A stretch of 64,000 nucleotides of DNA from Bryobacterales bacterium (GCA_965224215.1 CBDCYS010000039.1:193705-257704); one strand, 5' to 3'. Counted from the first letter of the stretch, positions 20,957-31,284 are shown. Made by a program: numbers and translations. The notes: generated by a model not told the origin, from the letters alone.

Positions 20957-21403
20957 ATGCCACAAGACAAAAAAGATAGTCAGACCGCGAGCAGTTTTCA
21001 GGTTTCGGATCAGCTCGCCGCAATTGCCCGGGCGAATCCCGGAATCAGCTTGAGCGCCGCCGACGTGAGGAATGCCAACAACGGTACTTTGGTGCTCGTT
21101 GGCGTCGGTTCAATTCTGCCGGTTGAACCAGCGGGCAACTTTGGAATAGGAGGGTCCGTTGGAGTCAGGCGAGGCTGCATTGAGTACATGCGGTATCAAA
21201 CGGGAAGCGAGGATCTTAGGGAGATACGCATGGATGGCGCCGGCTACGGCGGCGAAAATGTGAACGACTTTCGCGAGATCCTCGAGAAAGCGGCATTTCA
21301 CATGAAGTGCATCAACTTCTGCTGGAACAAGGAGACTCATCGGATGACCATGCTGAACGTCTATCCGCAGTGTTGCTGCCGGTGCGAGGAAGTCAAAACA
21401 TAG
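20957..21403 (+). CDS. hypothetical protein, Cys-rich C-terminus, no family recognised
   Basis: 148-aa ORF. Strong SD AAGGAGAA 7 nt upstream of the ATG. Local GC is clearly below the window average. C-terminus reads KCINFCWNKETHRMTMLNVYPQCCCRCEEVKT. Confidence 0.55.
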   Translation: MPQDKKDSQTASSFQVSDQLAAIARANPGISLSAADVRNANNGTLVLVGVGSILPVEPAGNFGIGGSVGVRRGCIEYMRYQTGSEDLREIRMDGAGYGGENVNDFREILEKAAFHMKCINFCWNKETHRMTMLNVYPQCCCRCEEVKT

Positions 21404-21685
21404 GCCAGATGGCCGAACTGATTTGGCTTGACGCCAGGCCGATCGGAAGTATTTCCTGCATTGCCCTTGGAGGCCGCTTTTTCTGCCCGTGCACGATGAG
21501 GGCACGGTCTCCAAGGTTTTTCATGGTCGCCCTCTTTGCCTTTGACCCAGCGAGTTCATTCCGCTCGGCTATGGGGAGGCTTGCCCTCGGAAACGGGACG
21601 CGATAGTTGATCGCGCCTCCTCTATAATGAGGACGCTGACGCCTGCTCGGGCTTTAGCCAACTCCCCTTTTCCGAGAGTCAAGCC

Positions 21686-24511
21686 TTGCCACAGGACTAT
21701 CTCGAGATTCGCGGCGCGCGAGTCCACAATCTTCAGAACATCGACCTGAAGCTGCCCCATGACAAGCTGATTGTCATCACTGGGGTCTCGGGTTCCGGCA
21801 AGTCTTCGCTCGTTTTCGACACCATCTACGCCGAAGGACAGCGACGCTATGTCGAGTCGCTCTCCGCCTACGCCCGCCAGTTTCTGGAGCGCATGGAAAA
21901 ACCCGACGTCGATCAGATGATCGGGATCGCCCCCGCCGTTGCGATTAGGCAGAAAAACACGACGCGCAACCCCCGTTCGACCGTCGCAACCGCGACCGAA
22001 GTCCACGATTTCTTGCGGCTGCTATTCGCGCGCGTCGGCGAGACGATTTGCCCGAAGTGCGAAAGGCCTGTCTCGAAGGACAACGTCGATGACGTAGCGC
22101 GGAGCATTCTCGACCTTCCGGATCGTTCGCGCTGGTATGTGCTGTTCCCGGTTCATGGAACGGGTGTGAAAGGGCTGACGGCGGAGCTGAAAGCGAAGCT
22201 GGCCGACCTGCGCGGCAAGGGTTTCAACCGCCTTTACCAGAGCGGACAACTCTTCGAATTCTCGACGCCTGAGTCGCTGCTAGACGTCGATTTCAAGAAA
22301 CCGCTGTATGCGCTGATCGACCGCCTTGCTATCACGAACGATCTTCGCCAGCGAGTGGTCGATGCCATCGAAATCGGCTACCGCGAATCCCGGGAAGTTG
22401 TCTTCGAGCAAGCGACCGAGGTTCCGCCGGAGCGGCTTTGGTTTAGTGAGCGCTTCGAGTGCCGCCAATGCAACATCGAGTATCCCGAACCGGAGCCGCG
22501 CCTCTTCAGCTTCAACAGTCCCTTCGGCGCCTGCCCGCAGTGCCAGGGTTTCGGCAATACGATTGACTACGACATGGAGCGGGTTGTCCCGGATAGATAC
22601 AAGACGCTTCGTCAGGGCGCGGTCGATCCCTGGACGAAACCGCGCTATCGAAAGTACGAGCAAGAATTGTTGGAATTCGCCAAAGAGGCGGGCGTTCGCG
22701 TGAACGTTCCTTATCACGAGCTGCGCCCGGACGAAGTGGAGCTCGTTGTCCGTGGCAATATCTCTGGCAAAAGCCGCGGTAAAGGCTTCAAGGGAGTCGA
22801 CGGTTTTTTCGCCTACCTCGAGCGCAAGAAATACAAAATGCACGTCCGCATCTTCCTCTCGAGGTATCGCGGATACACCCTTTGCCCATCTTGCAGAGGG
22901 GGCAGGTTGCGGAAAGAAGCTCTGAACGTTCGAGTCGGCGATAAGACGATTCGAGACGTTAGTGGGTTGAGTCTCGACCGAGCTCGGCAATACTTTGACT
23001 CTTTGACCTTGAGCGCTGAACGAGCCGCGATCGCCGCGCAAATCTTGGTTGACATTCGCCACCGCCTGACCTTTCTCAACGACGTGGGACTGGAGTATCT
23101 GACACTCGACCGGCTGGCCTCGACCCTGTCGGGCGGGGAAGCGCAGCGGATCCAGCTTGCAACCTCCTTGGGGTCTCGCCTTGTCGGTGCCTGCTACGTG
23201 CTGGACGAGCCCTCGATCGGCCTCCATAGCCGCGATACCGGACGCTTGATAAAGACCCTAAAACATCTGCGTGATCTGGGAAATACGATCTTGGTCGTCG
23301 AGCATGATGCCGAGGTTATGAGGTCCTCCGATTACATTGTCGACCTCGGTCCTGGGGCCGGAGAACGCGGCGGCAAAGTCGTATTTAGCGGGTCCTATAA
23401 GAAGATTATCTCCAGCGGCGGGGACTCCCTCACGGGGTTTTATTTACGGGGCGATGCCGTGATCGGAGTGCCAACAATTCGGCGAAAACCCAAGGCCCGC
23501 CGGCGCTTGAAATTCGAAGGAGCGGTATCCCACAATCTCAAGAACATTGACGTTGCGATTCCTCTTGACGTCATGACCGTCATCTCGGGCGTATCTGGGT
23601 CCGGCAAATCGACGCTCGTTCACGATGTGGTGTATCAGGCTCTCCAGGCGCTCAGCCGGAACAAGGCGGTCTCTTCGAGCGATCAGCAGAATTTGCGGCT
23701 GCCTTGTCGCCGAGTGAGCGGAGCTTCGTTGGTCGATGAAGTGGTCTTGGTGGACCAGTCACCGATCGGCCGCTCGCCGCGCTCGAATCCTATTACCTAT
23801 GTCAAAGCCTTTGACGCCGTTCGCGAACTGTTTGCCTCTACCAATGACGCCAGCCGGCGCGGTCTCACCGCAGGGAATTTTTCGTTCAATATTCCAGGCG
23901 GGCGCTGCGAAACCTGCCAGGGGGGAGGTACCGTAACGGTCGAAATGCAGTTTCTCGCTGACGTTGCATTAGTCTGCGAAGACTGCGACGGTAAGCGCTA
24001 CAAAAGCGACATCCTGGATGTTCGCTACCAGGGGAAAAACATCTATGAGGCCCTGCAGTTGACCGTCGAAGAGGCCCTGCAGTTTTTCATTCGCGTGCCA
24101 AAGATCGTCAATAAACTACTCTGTCTTACCGAGGTCGGACTGGGCTATTTGAGGCTGGGGCAATCCGCCACGACACTCTCTGGGGGAGAAGCTCAGCGAG
24201 TCAAGCTGGCCAGCCATATCGCACAGTCGAAGTGCGATGGGACGCTCTACCTATTCGACGAACCGACGACAGGACTGCATTTCGACGACATCGCCAAGTT
24301 GCTCGCGGCTTTCCGAAAGCTGCTCGATAGTGGAGGGTCCGTTCTCATCATTGAGCACAATCTTGACGTCATCAAGAATGCGGACTGGGTGATCGACCTA
24401 GGACCGGAAGGTGGCGAGGGAGGGGGCCGGGTCCTAGCCCAGGGCACGCCGGAGCATATCGCTGCCTGCGAGGAGTCCTATACTGGCCGCTATCTTTCGA
24501 AGGTGCTTTGA
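21686..24511 (+). CDS. uvrA: excinuclease ABC subunit A
   Basis: 941 aa with a TTG start. IRGARVHNLQNIDLKLPHDKLIVITGVSGSGKSSLVFDTIYAEGQRRYVESLSAYARQF, two ABC modules, and zinc-finger CxxC pairs. Confidence 0.97.
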   Translation: MPQDYLEIRGARVHNLQNIDLKLPHDKLIVITGVSGSGKSSLVFDTIYAEGQRRYVESLSAYARQFLERMEKPDVDQMIGIAPAVAIRQKNTTRNPRSTVATATEVHDFLRLLFARVGETICPKCERPVSKDNVDDVARSILDLPDRSRWYVLFPVHGTGVKGLTAELKAKLADLRGKGFNRLYQSGQLFEFSTPESLLDVDFKKPLYALIDRLAITNDLRQRVVDAIEIGYRESREVVFEQATEVPPERLWFSERFECRQCNIEYPEPEPRLFSFNSPFGACPQCQGFGNTIDYDMERVVPDRYKTLRQGAVDPWTKPRYRKYEQELLEFAKEAGVRVNVPYHELRPDEVELVVRGNISGKSRGKGFKGVDGFFAYLERKKYKMHVRIFLSRYRGYTLCPSCRGGRLRKEALNVRVGDKTIRDVSGLSLDRARQYFDSLTLSAERAAIAAQILVDIRHRLTFLNDVGLEYLTLDRLASTLSGGEAQRIQLATSLGSRLVGACYVLDEPSIGLHSRDTGRLIKTLKHLRDLGNTILVVEHDAEVMRSSDYIVDLGPGAGERGGKVVFSGSYKKIISSGGDSLTGFYLRGDAVIGVPTIRRKPKARRRLKFEGAVSHNLKNIDVAIPLDVMTVISGVSGSGKSTLVHDVVYQALQALSRNKAVSSSDQQNLRLPCRRVSGASLVDEVVLVDQSPIGRSPRSNPITYVKAFDAVRELFASTNDASRRGLTAGNFSFNIPGGRCETCQGGGTVTVEMQFLADVALVCEDCDGKRYKSDILDVRYQGKNIYEALQLTVEEALQFFIRVPKIVNKLLCLTEVGLGYLRLGQSATTLSGGEAQRVKLASHIAQSKCDGTLYLFDEPTTGLHFDDIAKLLAAFRKLLDSGGSVLIIEHNLDVIKNADWVIDLGPEGGEGGGRVLAQGTPEHIAACEESYTGRYLSKVL

Positions 24512-24574
24512 GCTTTGGGGCCTGGCGTTGGCGGAGCGATGGACCGTAGTCGCCAACAGTGCGACGAGCGTACG

Positions 24575-25549
24575 TTACGCGCCGACCATTGTTCGGAAAT
24601 AGTCGATGGTCTTTGACAGTCCTTCCTGGAGATTCACTTGCGGTTCCCATCCGAGCTTGGATTGTGCCAGGGAGATGTCAGGCCGGCGCCGCGTTGGATC
24701 GTCCTGCGGCAGCGGCTTGTGGACGATTTCCGATTGGGACCCGGTCATCTTGAGTGTCAGCTCCGCCAACTCAGCGATGGTGAATTCTTTCGGGTTTCCG
24801 AGGTTGACCGGCCCCGTGAAATTCTCGCTGTTCATCATGCGAAAACAACCGTCGATCAAGTCGGTGGCGTAGCAAAAGGACCGCGTGTGCTCGCCGTTCC
24901 CGTAAATGGTAATCGGTTCGTTTTGCAAAGCCTGAACGATGAAGTTGCTGACGACTCTTCCGTCGGCAACCGCCATCCTGGGGCCGTAGGTATTAAAGAT
25001 GCGGATGATCTTGACGTCCACTTTGTTCTGGCGGTGGTAGTCCATCATCAGGGTTTCCGCGATGCGCTTGCCTTCGTCGTAGCAGCTCCTGATCCCGATG
25101 GGATTGACATGGCCCCAGTAGCTCTCGGTCTGCGGATGTTCTTCCGGATCCCCATACACTTCTGACGTTGACGCTTGGAGTATCCTGGCCTTGACGCGCT
25201 TGGCCAGGCCGAGCATGTTGATGACACCCATCACGCTGGTCTTCACCGTCTTGACGGGGTTGTACTGGTAGTGAACGGGAGACGCCGGACACGCAAAGTT
25301 ATAGATCTGATCGACTTCGAGGAAAATCGGCTGCACGATATCGTGGCGGATCAGCTCGAAGTGGGGTTTGCCGATCAGATGGGAAATATTTCGCTTTGAT
25401 CCCGTGAAAAAGTTGTCGGGACAAATTACGTCGGCGCCTTCAGCGATCAGCCGGTCACATAGATGGCTCCCGAGAAATCCCGCACCACCCGCGACGAGTA
25501 CCCTGGCTCCTTGATTCGACAAATCACCCTCTATCTGATTGCTCTTCAT
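24575..25549 (-). CDS. UDP-glucuronate decarboxylase (UXS-type NAD-dependent epimerase/dehydratase)
   Basis: 324 aa. [18 protein letters not shown] Rossmann motif, [10 protein letters not shown], and the YDEGKR catalytic YxxxK region. Confidence 0.9.
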   Translation of the reverse strand: MKSNQIEGDLSNQGARVLVAGGAGFLGSHLCDRLIAEGADVICPDNFFTGSKRNISHLIGKPHFELIRHDIVQPIFLEVDQIYNFACPASPVHYQYNPVKTVKTSVMGVINMLGLAKRVKARILQASTSEVYGDPEEHPQTESYWGHVNPIGIRSCYDEGKRIAETLMMDYHRQNKVDVKIIRIFNTYGPRMAVADGRVVSNFIVQALQNEPITIYGNGEHTRSFCYATDLIDGCFRMMNSENFTGPVNLGNPKEFTIAELAELTLKMTGSQSEIVHKPLPQDDPTRRRPDISLAQSKLGWEPQVNLQEGLSKTIDYFRTMVGA

Positions 25550-26028
25550 GGTAGGCAGCCGAAAAGGTTTCGGGCAAGCGGTCGGCAGTGCGACACCCCG
25601 ACCTAGAGAAACAGAAGGGTAGACGGAAGCCCACGCTTCGACCTATCAGTGGACTCTCGTCGGTAACGGAAATCAATAAGTTAAGTTGCGGTATTATCGG
25701 CGGACGACGCTGGGGAGTAGAATAAACTGGCCCGGGTCGATTTCTTCGCACACGAACCAGACTCCCATGTCGCCAGCCAAGTCGCAGCTTCAAATGAAAC
25801 TCATCCTGCTAGGCCTGCTTCTAGCAGCCTCTCCTGCTTGCGCCCAGCGTCCCTCGTCAGCACCCTCACCCCCGACTCTGGCTCAACTCAGTAGCGGGTT
25901 CGAATCCCTCGCTAAGAAGGTCAGCCCTGCTGTTGTTCATATCATCTCTTCCGGCCTTGCACCCGTTGAAGGAGGCGCTTCACAAGTAGCGGTGTTAGGC
26001 AGGCAGCGCAGCGGCGGGTCCGGTGTCA

Positions 26029-27828
26029 CCTGAATTATGCACAGATTCGGCGTAGCCATCGTCGATGGAGTTGTGGCGATAGCGGCACTCGTGTCAACTC
26101 AGTGATTTCGCAAGTCGTCTTTTCTGCTGTTTCCCTCCCCGTTTGAGCCGCCTCCTGATCCCGGCAGGGCAAAAGCGGGCTGGCAAGCGGCGTGTTCCCA
26201 GTACGTTGCGGCGAGTGCATGAAATTTTATGCATGGAGTGCCCCTCAGCTCAGCGCACCCTCCACCACCGGCGCCAAGCTCGATCCCGGCGGCCCCATCG
26301 CCCGCAGCCGTCGCATCAGCCGTTCAAACAGGCCCTTTTCCTGATAATGATCGCTGTAGCTGACACCCGTTCTGCCGGCGTGCCGCCAGATCTTGGCCGC
26401 CACGAACAGAAAACGCAGCCGTGCCGTCGCCAGGGTGGTGTGCCGCAGCGTCTCCACGCTGGCCTGGGCTTCGCGGTTGAACAGCAGCAGCCAGCAGTTG
26501 AGATTGTAGGCCAGCATGGCCAACTGAAAGTGATTGCGGTTCATGTCAAAGCGGCGCGAGGGATGGGCCGCCAGCCCGGCGTCGTTGTTGGCCTCCTTGA
26601 TCAGGTTCTCGGCTCCGGCGCGCTGATTGTAAAACCACACCACCGCCGCGATCGGCTCGGCCAGATTGGTGACAAACACGCGGTAGGTGTAAGCGCTGGT
26701 GGCGAACAACTGGTATTGCTCGGCCGCGCCGGCCTTGGGCTCGTTTTCGTAACGCAGCGCCAGGAAACGGCAGGCCCGCGCCCAGCCTTGCGGTTGGTAG
26801 AGGAATTCGCATTCCGCGTCCGCGTCGGAGCGGGGGGAGGGTTTCCATTCTGCTTGCTGCAAGCGCTCGACCAGGCGCCGCGTTTTGCGCGCCACGATGA
26901 CGAACTGACAAGCCGCCTTTTCATAGGCCTCCACCGCCTCCCAGCAATAAAAGCCGGAATCGGCCCGCGCCAGGATTTTCTTCACGCCGCCCGGCAAAGT
27001 CCGGAAAGCGCTCTCGAGGTGGGCGGCGATCTGTCGGCCCGTGGGCCGGTCGCCGTTGCGCAACCCGCCCATCAGGTATTCGCGCGTCTCGGCCAGGAAG
27101 GTCAGTATCGGCTGGTAGCTGCGCTTGCCCTTGTTCGTGGGGTTGTAGCTCTTGCGCCCGCCCATCTGGCGGCCGTAGAGGGTATGCACGGTGGTGTCGG
27201 TGTCCAGCGTCACCGTCTCCAACTTCACGTGGGCCGCGGCCCAGACTCGTTCCCGCAGCTGGCGCTGAATGGAAAGGATCTGCTTCGCCACGTTGAGGTG
27301 CAGCGAGGCCAGAAAGCGCCACAGCGTGGACTGCGGCGGCAGACGCGTCACTTGCAAGATGCCGGTCAGGATGGGGTCGCGAGCGATGAAGCGGAGTTGG
27401 TTGAGCCGCGCAAAGCCGACATAGAGGCCGAGCACGAGGGCCAGCACGAACTGGTAGGGGCTCATGGCTCGGGTGATCCGTTTGGTCGTGAGGGTTTCTT
27501 CCAGCAGCGCTTGGAAGCCGAGTTTTTCGAGCAGGGTGGCGACGGGCAGCAAGCCGCCGTAGGGAGTCAGATTCTTGCCACGGAAGTGATAGGGCGTGGC
27601 AGCCCCGATTTTATTGGGCCGCGGGGCCCTCGCGCCGGGGCCTTGTTTGACGGGCCTTCGGGAGCTATGCTGTTTTCGTTTGGTAACCATTTGGGTGACC
27701 TCCTTGGGGTTGACTGGCGAAGCTGAAATCTTTGCCAGCCTACCTTTTTACCCCATGTTTTCGGGGATCCCCAAATGGTTCCTGGCGGCTCAGCCCTCAC
27801 CAGGTGCACCGGCAGTGCATAATTCAGG
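26029..27828 (-). mobile_element. IS1380-family insertion sequence, full length (1800 bp)
   Basis: IRs CCTGAATTATGCAC (26029-26042) and GTGCATAATTCAGG (27815-27828). 5-bp TSD TGTCA (26024-26028, 27829-27833). Confidence 0.9.
26245..27690 (-). CDS. IS1380-family DDE transposase
   Basis: 481 aa, colinear with my recollection of ISEcp1-type transposases: HFRGKNLTPYGGLLP, TLDTDTTVHTLYGRQMGGRKSYNPTNKGKRSYQP, ARADSGFY, YNQRAGAENLIKEANND, and RLRFLFVAAKI. Confidence 0.88.
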   Translation of the reverse strand: MVTKRKQHSSRRPVKQGPGARAPRPNKIGAATPYHFRGKNLTPYGGLLPVATLLEKLGFQALLEETLTTKRITRAMSPYQFVLALVLGLYVGFARLNQLRFIARDPILTGILQVTRLPPQSTLWRFLASLHLNVAKQILSIQRQLRERVWAAAHVKLETVTLDTDTTVHTLYGRQMGGRKSYNPTNKGKRSYQPILTFLAETREYLMGGLRNGDRPTGRQIAAHLESAFRTLPGGVKKILARADSGFYCWEAVEAYEKAACQFVIVARKTRRLVERLQQAEWKPSPRSDADAECEFLYQPQGWARACRFLALRYENEPKAGAAEQYQLFATSAYTYRVFVTNLAEPIAAVVWFYNQRAGAENLIKEANNDAGLAAHPSRRFDMNRNHFQLAMLAYNLNCWLLLFNREAQASVETLRHTTLATARLRFLFVAAKIWRHAGRTGVSYSDHYQEKGLFERLMRRLRAMGPPGSSLAPVVEGALS

Positions 27829-29095
27829 TGTCATAGTCGACCCGAGGGGATACATTCTCACGAACGCTCACGTAATCGCCGGATCACGCCGTGTGCGAGT
27901 GATGCTGGCGGCCCGGGTGGAGCCGCTGCCGGGCCAAGCTTCGATCCTGAAGCCGCAACCGAAATTGCGCGACGCGAAGATCGTCGGGGTCGATTCGGAA
28001 ACCGATCTGGCGGTCCTCAAGATCGATGAGGCGGACCTCCCTTTCTTGGTGCTTGGTGACTCCGATGCTCTGCGGCCCGGCCAGCTTGTCTTCGCTCTGG
28101 GCAGTTCGCTGGGACTGGAAAATTCCGTCACGATGGGAATTGTCAGTTCCGTGGCGCGCCAGCTCGAGCGCCACCACCCGATGATCTACATCCAAACCGA
28201 TACCGCCATCAACCCAGGCAATAGCGGCGGACCGCTGGTGAATGCCGAGGGGCAGGTCGTTGGAATCAATACTCTGATCTTTTCGCAATCCGGCGGGAAC
28301 GAGGGTATCGGGTTTGCTGCGCCCAGCAACATCGCGCGGGCGGTGTTTGAGCAAATCCGTGATCATGGCCACGTCCGGCGCGGCGAGATCGGAGTCCAGG
28401 CACAAACGATTAGCCCCGGCCTCGCGGCGGGCTTGGGCCTTCCGCGGGATTGGGGCGTCTTGCTCGCCGATGTCAAACCCGGCGGCCCGGCCGAGATCGG
28501 GGGTCTCAAGGTGGGCGATATCGTGCAGTTCCTTGACGGCAAGCTGATGGAGAACGCGCGGCAGTTCAATGTGAATATCTACCAGCGAGCGATTGGTGAC
28601 ATCGTCAACATCAGGGCGCTACGGGCAGCCGAGGAGATCGCGGCGACCGTCGTTGTACTCGAACGCGAAGATGATCCGGGTCGTCTGGCTGAGATGGCGA
28701 CTCGCGACCAAAACATGATTTCGAAGCTCGGCATTCTTGGGATCGAGTTGAACCAGGAAATCCGCGAAATGCTGCCTCCGCTAAGACGAACGGCTGGGGT
28801 TGTCGTGGCGGCGCGACTGGCCGAAGGGCCCGAGTGGAGTTCGCTATTTCAGCCTGGCGATGTGATTTACTCAGTCAATACGAAACTCACTCTCGGGTTG
28901 AGGGAGGTGAGGCGGGCGATCGACGCTTTGCCGGCAGGGTCCGCCGCTGTCATTCAACTCGAGAGAGACCGCAAGCTCATGTACGTCGGTTTCGAGCTGG
29001 AGTAGCTGTGGCGTGGGTTGCTTCAGTAGTTTGTGGGTAGCCGGGGCAATACCAAATCCCCGTTATCCTATTAGCTACGCGCGGTGAACTACTCC

Positions 29096-29185
29096 CGCCC
29101 ACCAACTGCGCGCCCACGAGCTCCGCGCCCACGAGCTCCGCGCCGATGAGCTCTGCGCCGATGAACTCTGTGCCGACACCCACCG
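29096..29185. repeat. 15-bp tandem repeat, 6 units (CGCCCACGAGCTCCG-like)
   Basis: Units start at 29096, 29111, 29126, 29141, 29156 and 29171. The two central units are identical and the outer ones degenerate. The array ends 10 bp before the TTG start at 29196. Confidence 0.85.
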
Positions 29186-29195
29186 AAGGACAACT

Positions 29196-31022
29196 TTGCC
29201 TGAACACCTATTCATCGGTCTGACCCTCATTCTGGTCCTGGGAATCACGGCTCGCTGGATCGCGTGGAGGCTGCATCTTCCTTCCATCCTGTTGTTGCTG
29301 CTGAGCGGGATCGTAGTGGGCCCGGTCACGGGTTTCCTTCGTCCGGATGAGATCTTCGGTGATCTTCTCACTCCGCTTATCTCCATATCAGTGGCGGTCA
29401 TTCTTTTCGAGGGCGGGCTGAGTCTGAGTATTGCTGACCTCCGAGAAATCGGCTCGGTGGTGCGCAACCTGGTGACTCTTGGTGTTGTCGTCACTTGGGC
29501 GATCAGCACTGGCGCTGCCTACTGGATACTGGGGTTCGATTTTACGCTTGCCCTCTTGATCGGCGCGATCCTGGTGGTGACCGGTCCCACGGTTGTCATT
29601 CCGCTTCTGCGCCACGTTCGGCCCAAAGGACAGATCGGGAGCGTCATCAAGTGGGAGGGCATCCTCAATGACCCGGTCGGTGCGCTGCTGGCAGTCTTGA
29701 TCTACGAGGCCATCTTGGCGGGCGGTTTCCACGATGGACCCAGGGCAGTGGCGCAAGAATTCTTCGAGTCACTGGCGGCGGGGTGCTTCGTCGGATTCGT
29801 GGGGGCGGCGCTGATTATCGTTCTTCTGCGCTACTACTGGATCCCGGATTTTCTGCAAAACGCCTTCTCGCTGATGATGGTCGTCAGTGTCTTTGCGGTG
29901 TCTAACATCTGGAAGCCGGAATCAGGCATGCTGGCGACCACGGTGATGGGGGTTGTGCTCGCCAATCAGCGCATTTGCGCGGTAAAACACATTGTCGAGT
30001 TCAAGGAAAACCTGCGTGTCCTCATCATTTCAAGCATCTTCATTATTCTCGCGGCTCGTTTGGAGCTAAGCGATCTAGCGGATGTGGGTGTCGCTGGTTT
30101 GTTGTTTCTGGCGGTGTTGATGTTTGTTGCGAGGCCAGCAGCGGTGCTGGTGGCGACCGTTGGAACAAAGCTCAGCTTCGAGGAATGCGCGTTCCTGGCT
30201 TGGATGGCGCCCCGGGGAATTGTAGCGGCGGCCGTCTCGTCGATATTCGCCGAACGCCTGATCGAAGCCGGGTACACTCAGGCCGAGCAGCTCGTCCCGG
30301 TGACTTTCGTCGTGATCATCGGCACGGTGACGATCTATGGCCTGGGAGCTTTTCCCGTCGCCCGGCGATTGGGCCTTGCGCAGTCCAGCCCGCAGGGCGC
30401 GCTGATCGTTGGAGCACATTCCTGGGCCCGGTCGCTGGCGCAAGTTCTTCAACGGGAAAATATTCGCGTTGTACTGGTCGACAGCAATCGCACTAACGTG
30501 GCGGCCGCGCGGCTGGCTGGGCTGCCTGCTCATTACGGGGGAATCCTATCTGAGCAGGTTCTCGACGAGAGCGATCTCTACGGTATCAGCCGGCTGTTGG
30601 CGCTGACTTCGAACGACGAAGCGAATTCCCTGGCGGCTTTGCATTTTGCGGAGATTTTCGGGCGGGCCGAAGTCTATCAGGTTCCGCCGGGCGACGGCGA
30701 ACCCGGCAGTCGCAAGGGTACGGCCAGGGAACACTTGAACGGCCGTTTCCTTTTCGGCTCCGATGCGAATCACAGCCGTCTGGCGCAGCTTTTTGAGAGG
30801 GGTGCCAGTCTAAAGACAACTCGGCTCACCGAAAAGTTTGACTATTCGGCTTTTCAGAAAGTTTATGGAGAATCGGCGCTGCCGCTTTTCGCAATCAGCG
30901 AGGCACGAGGCGTTGTCGTTTCGACCGTGGCGAGCCCGCTGAAACCTCGAGTGGGGCAAACGCTTGTCAGCCTCATCCGGGCAGAAAATGGAGACTCGAG
31001 TAGCCAAGGCGTTTCAGGGTGA
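29196..31022 (+). CDS. cation:proton (Na+/H+) antiporter, CPA1-type, with C-terminal RCK/TrkA-N-like domain
   Basis: 608 aa. About 12 hydrophobic segments, LFEGGLSL and ATDPV-like (LNDPVGALL) motifs, and a soluble C-terminal half. Confidence 0.85.
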   Translation: MPEHLFIGLTLILVLGITARWIAWRLHLPSILLLLLSGIVVGPVTGFLRPDEIFGDLLTPLISISVAVILFEGGLSLSIADLREIGSVVRNLVTLGVVVTWAISTGAAYWILGFDFTLALLIGAILVVTGPTVVIPLLRHVRPKGQIGSVIKWEGILNDPVGALLAVLIYEAILAGGFHDGPRAVAQEFFESLAAGCFVGFVGAALIIVLLRYYWIPDFLQNAFSLMMVVSVFAVSNIWKPESGMLATTVMGVVLANQRICAVKHIVEFKENLRVLIISSIFIILAARLELSDLADVGVAGLLFLAVLMFVARPAAVLVATVGTKLSFEECAFLAWMAPRGIVAAAVSSIFAERLIEAGYTQAEQLVPVTFVVIIGTVTIYGLGAFPVARRLGLAQSSPQGALIVGAHSWARSLAQVLQRENIRVVLVDSNRTNVAAARLAGLPAHYGGILSEQVLDESDLYGISRLLALTSNDEANSLAALHFAEIFGRAEVYQVPPGDGEPGSRKGTAREHLNGRFLFGSDANHSRLAQLFERGASLKTTRLTEKFDYSAFQKVYGESALPLFAISEARGVVVSTVASPLKPRVGQTLVSLIRAENGDSSSQGVSG

Positions 31023-31050
31023 GGCGTCGATCGTGATATGATATCGATAG

Positions 31051-31284
31051 GTGATAACGATGATCCGTACCATCATCAGCTTGGACTCCGATGAGAAAAT
31101 CTGGCTGGAACGAAAGGCCAAGGCGGCTGGCGTACCCATGACCGAACTTGTGAGAGAAGCGATTCGGAGAATGCGCCGGCAGGACGAGATGTCATTCGAG
31201 CAATTGCTTGAGCAAACCAGCGGCCTCTGGAGCGAAGAGGACGGGCTTGCCTATCAGCATCGACTGCGCGAGGAGTGGCCGTGA
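31051..31284 (+). CDS. vapB: ribbon-helix-helix (CopG/VapB-like) antitoxin
   Basis: 77 aa. IISLDSDEKIWLERKAKAAGVPMTELVREAIRRM is an RHH fold pattern. Overlaps the PIN gene by 10 nt. Confidence 0.75.
   Translation: MITMIRTIISLDSDEKIWLERKAKAAGVPMTELVREAIRRMRRQDEMSFEQLLEQTSGLWSEEDGLAYQHRLREEWP

Larger units (their letters stand above)
25767..29005 (+). pseudogene. HtrA/DegP-family serine protease interrupted by an IS1380-family element
   Basis: The N-terminal part (25767-26028) carries a signal peptide and ends ...RSGGSGV. The C-terminal part resumes at 27829 with IVDPRGYILTNAHV (His), DLAVLK (Asp), GNSGGPL (Ser) and PDZ region(s). Joining the two across one TSD copy restores the frame. Confidence 0.9.

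Noticed and set aside
21404-21685. SOS (LexA) box upstream of uvrA
   Set aside because: No GTTC-N7-GTTC or CTGT-N8-ACAG type palindrome was found. Only a weak TATAAT with no suitable -35 element is present.
22280-23227. 315-aa minus-strand ORF inside uvrA
   Set aside because: It is antisense to a gene with textbook UvrA motifs, so it is a GC-driven open frame.
25886-25912. GGGTTCGAATCCC tRNA T-arm-like sequence
   Set aside because: It lies inside the htrA coding frame (SSGFESLAKK). The T-stem does not pair fully and no acceptor or anticodon arms can be built around it.
26143-27726. 527-aa plus-strand ORF spanning the IS1380-family element
   Set aside because: It is antisense to the 481-aa ORF that shows clear IS1380 transposase blocks. 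Its Arg/Gly/Pro/Ala-rich, low-complexity composition is typical of spurious ORFs in high-GC DNA.
29096-29185. Tandem 15-bp repeats considered as a possible CRISPR array
   Set aside because: The units are contiguous with no spacers, are far shorter than CRISPR repeats, and no cas genes are present.
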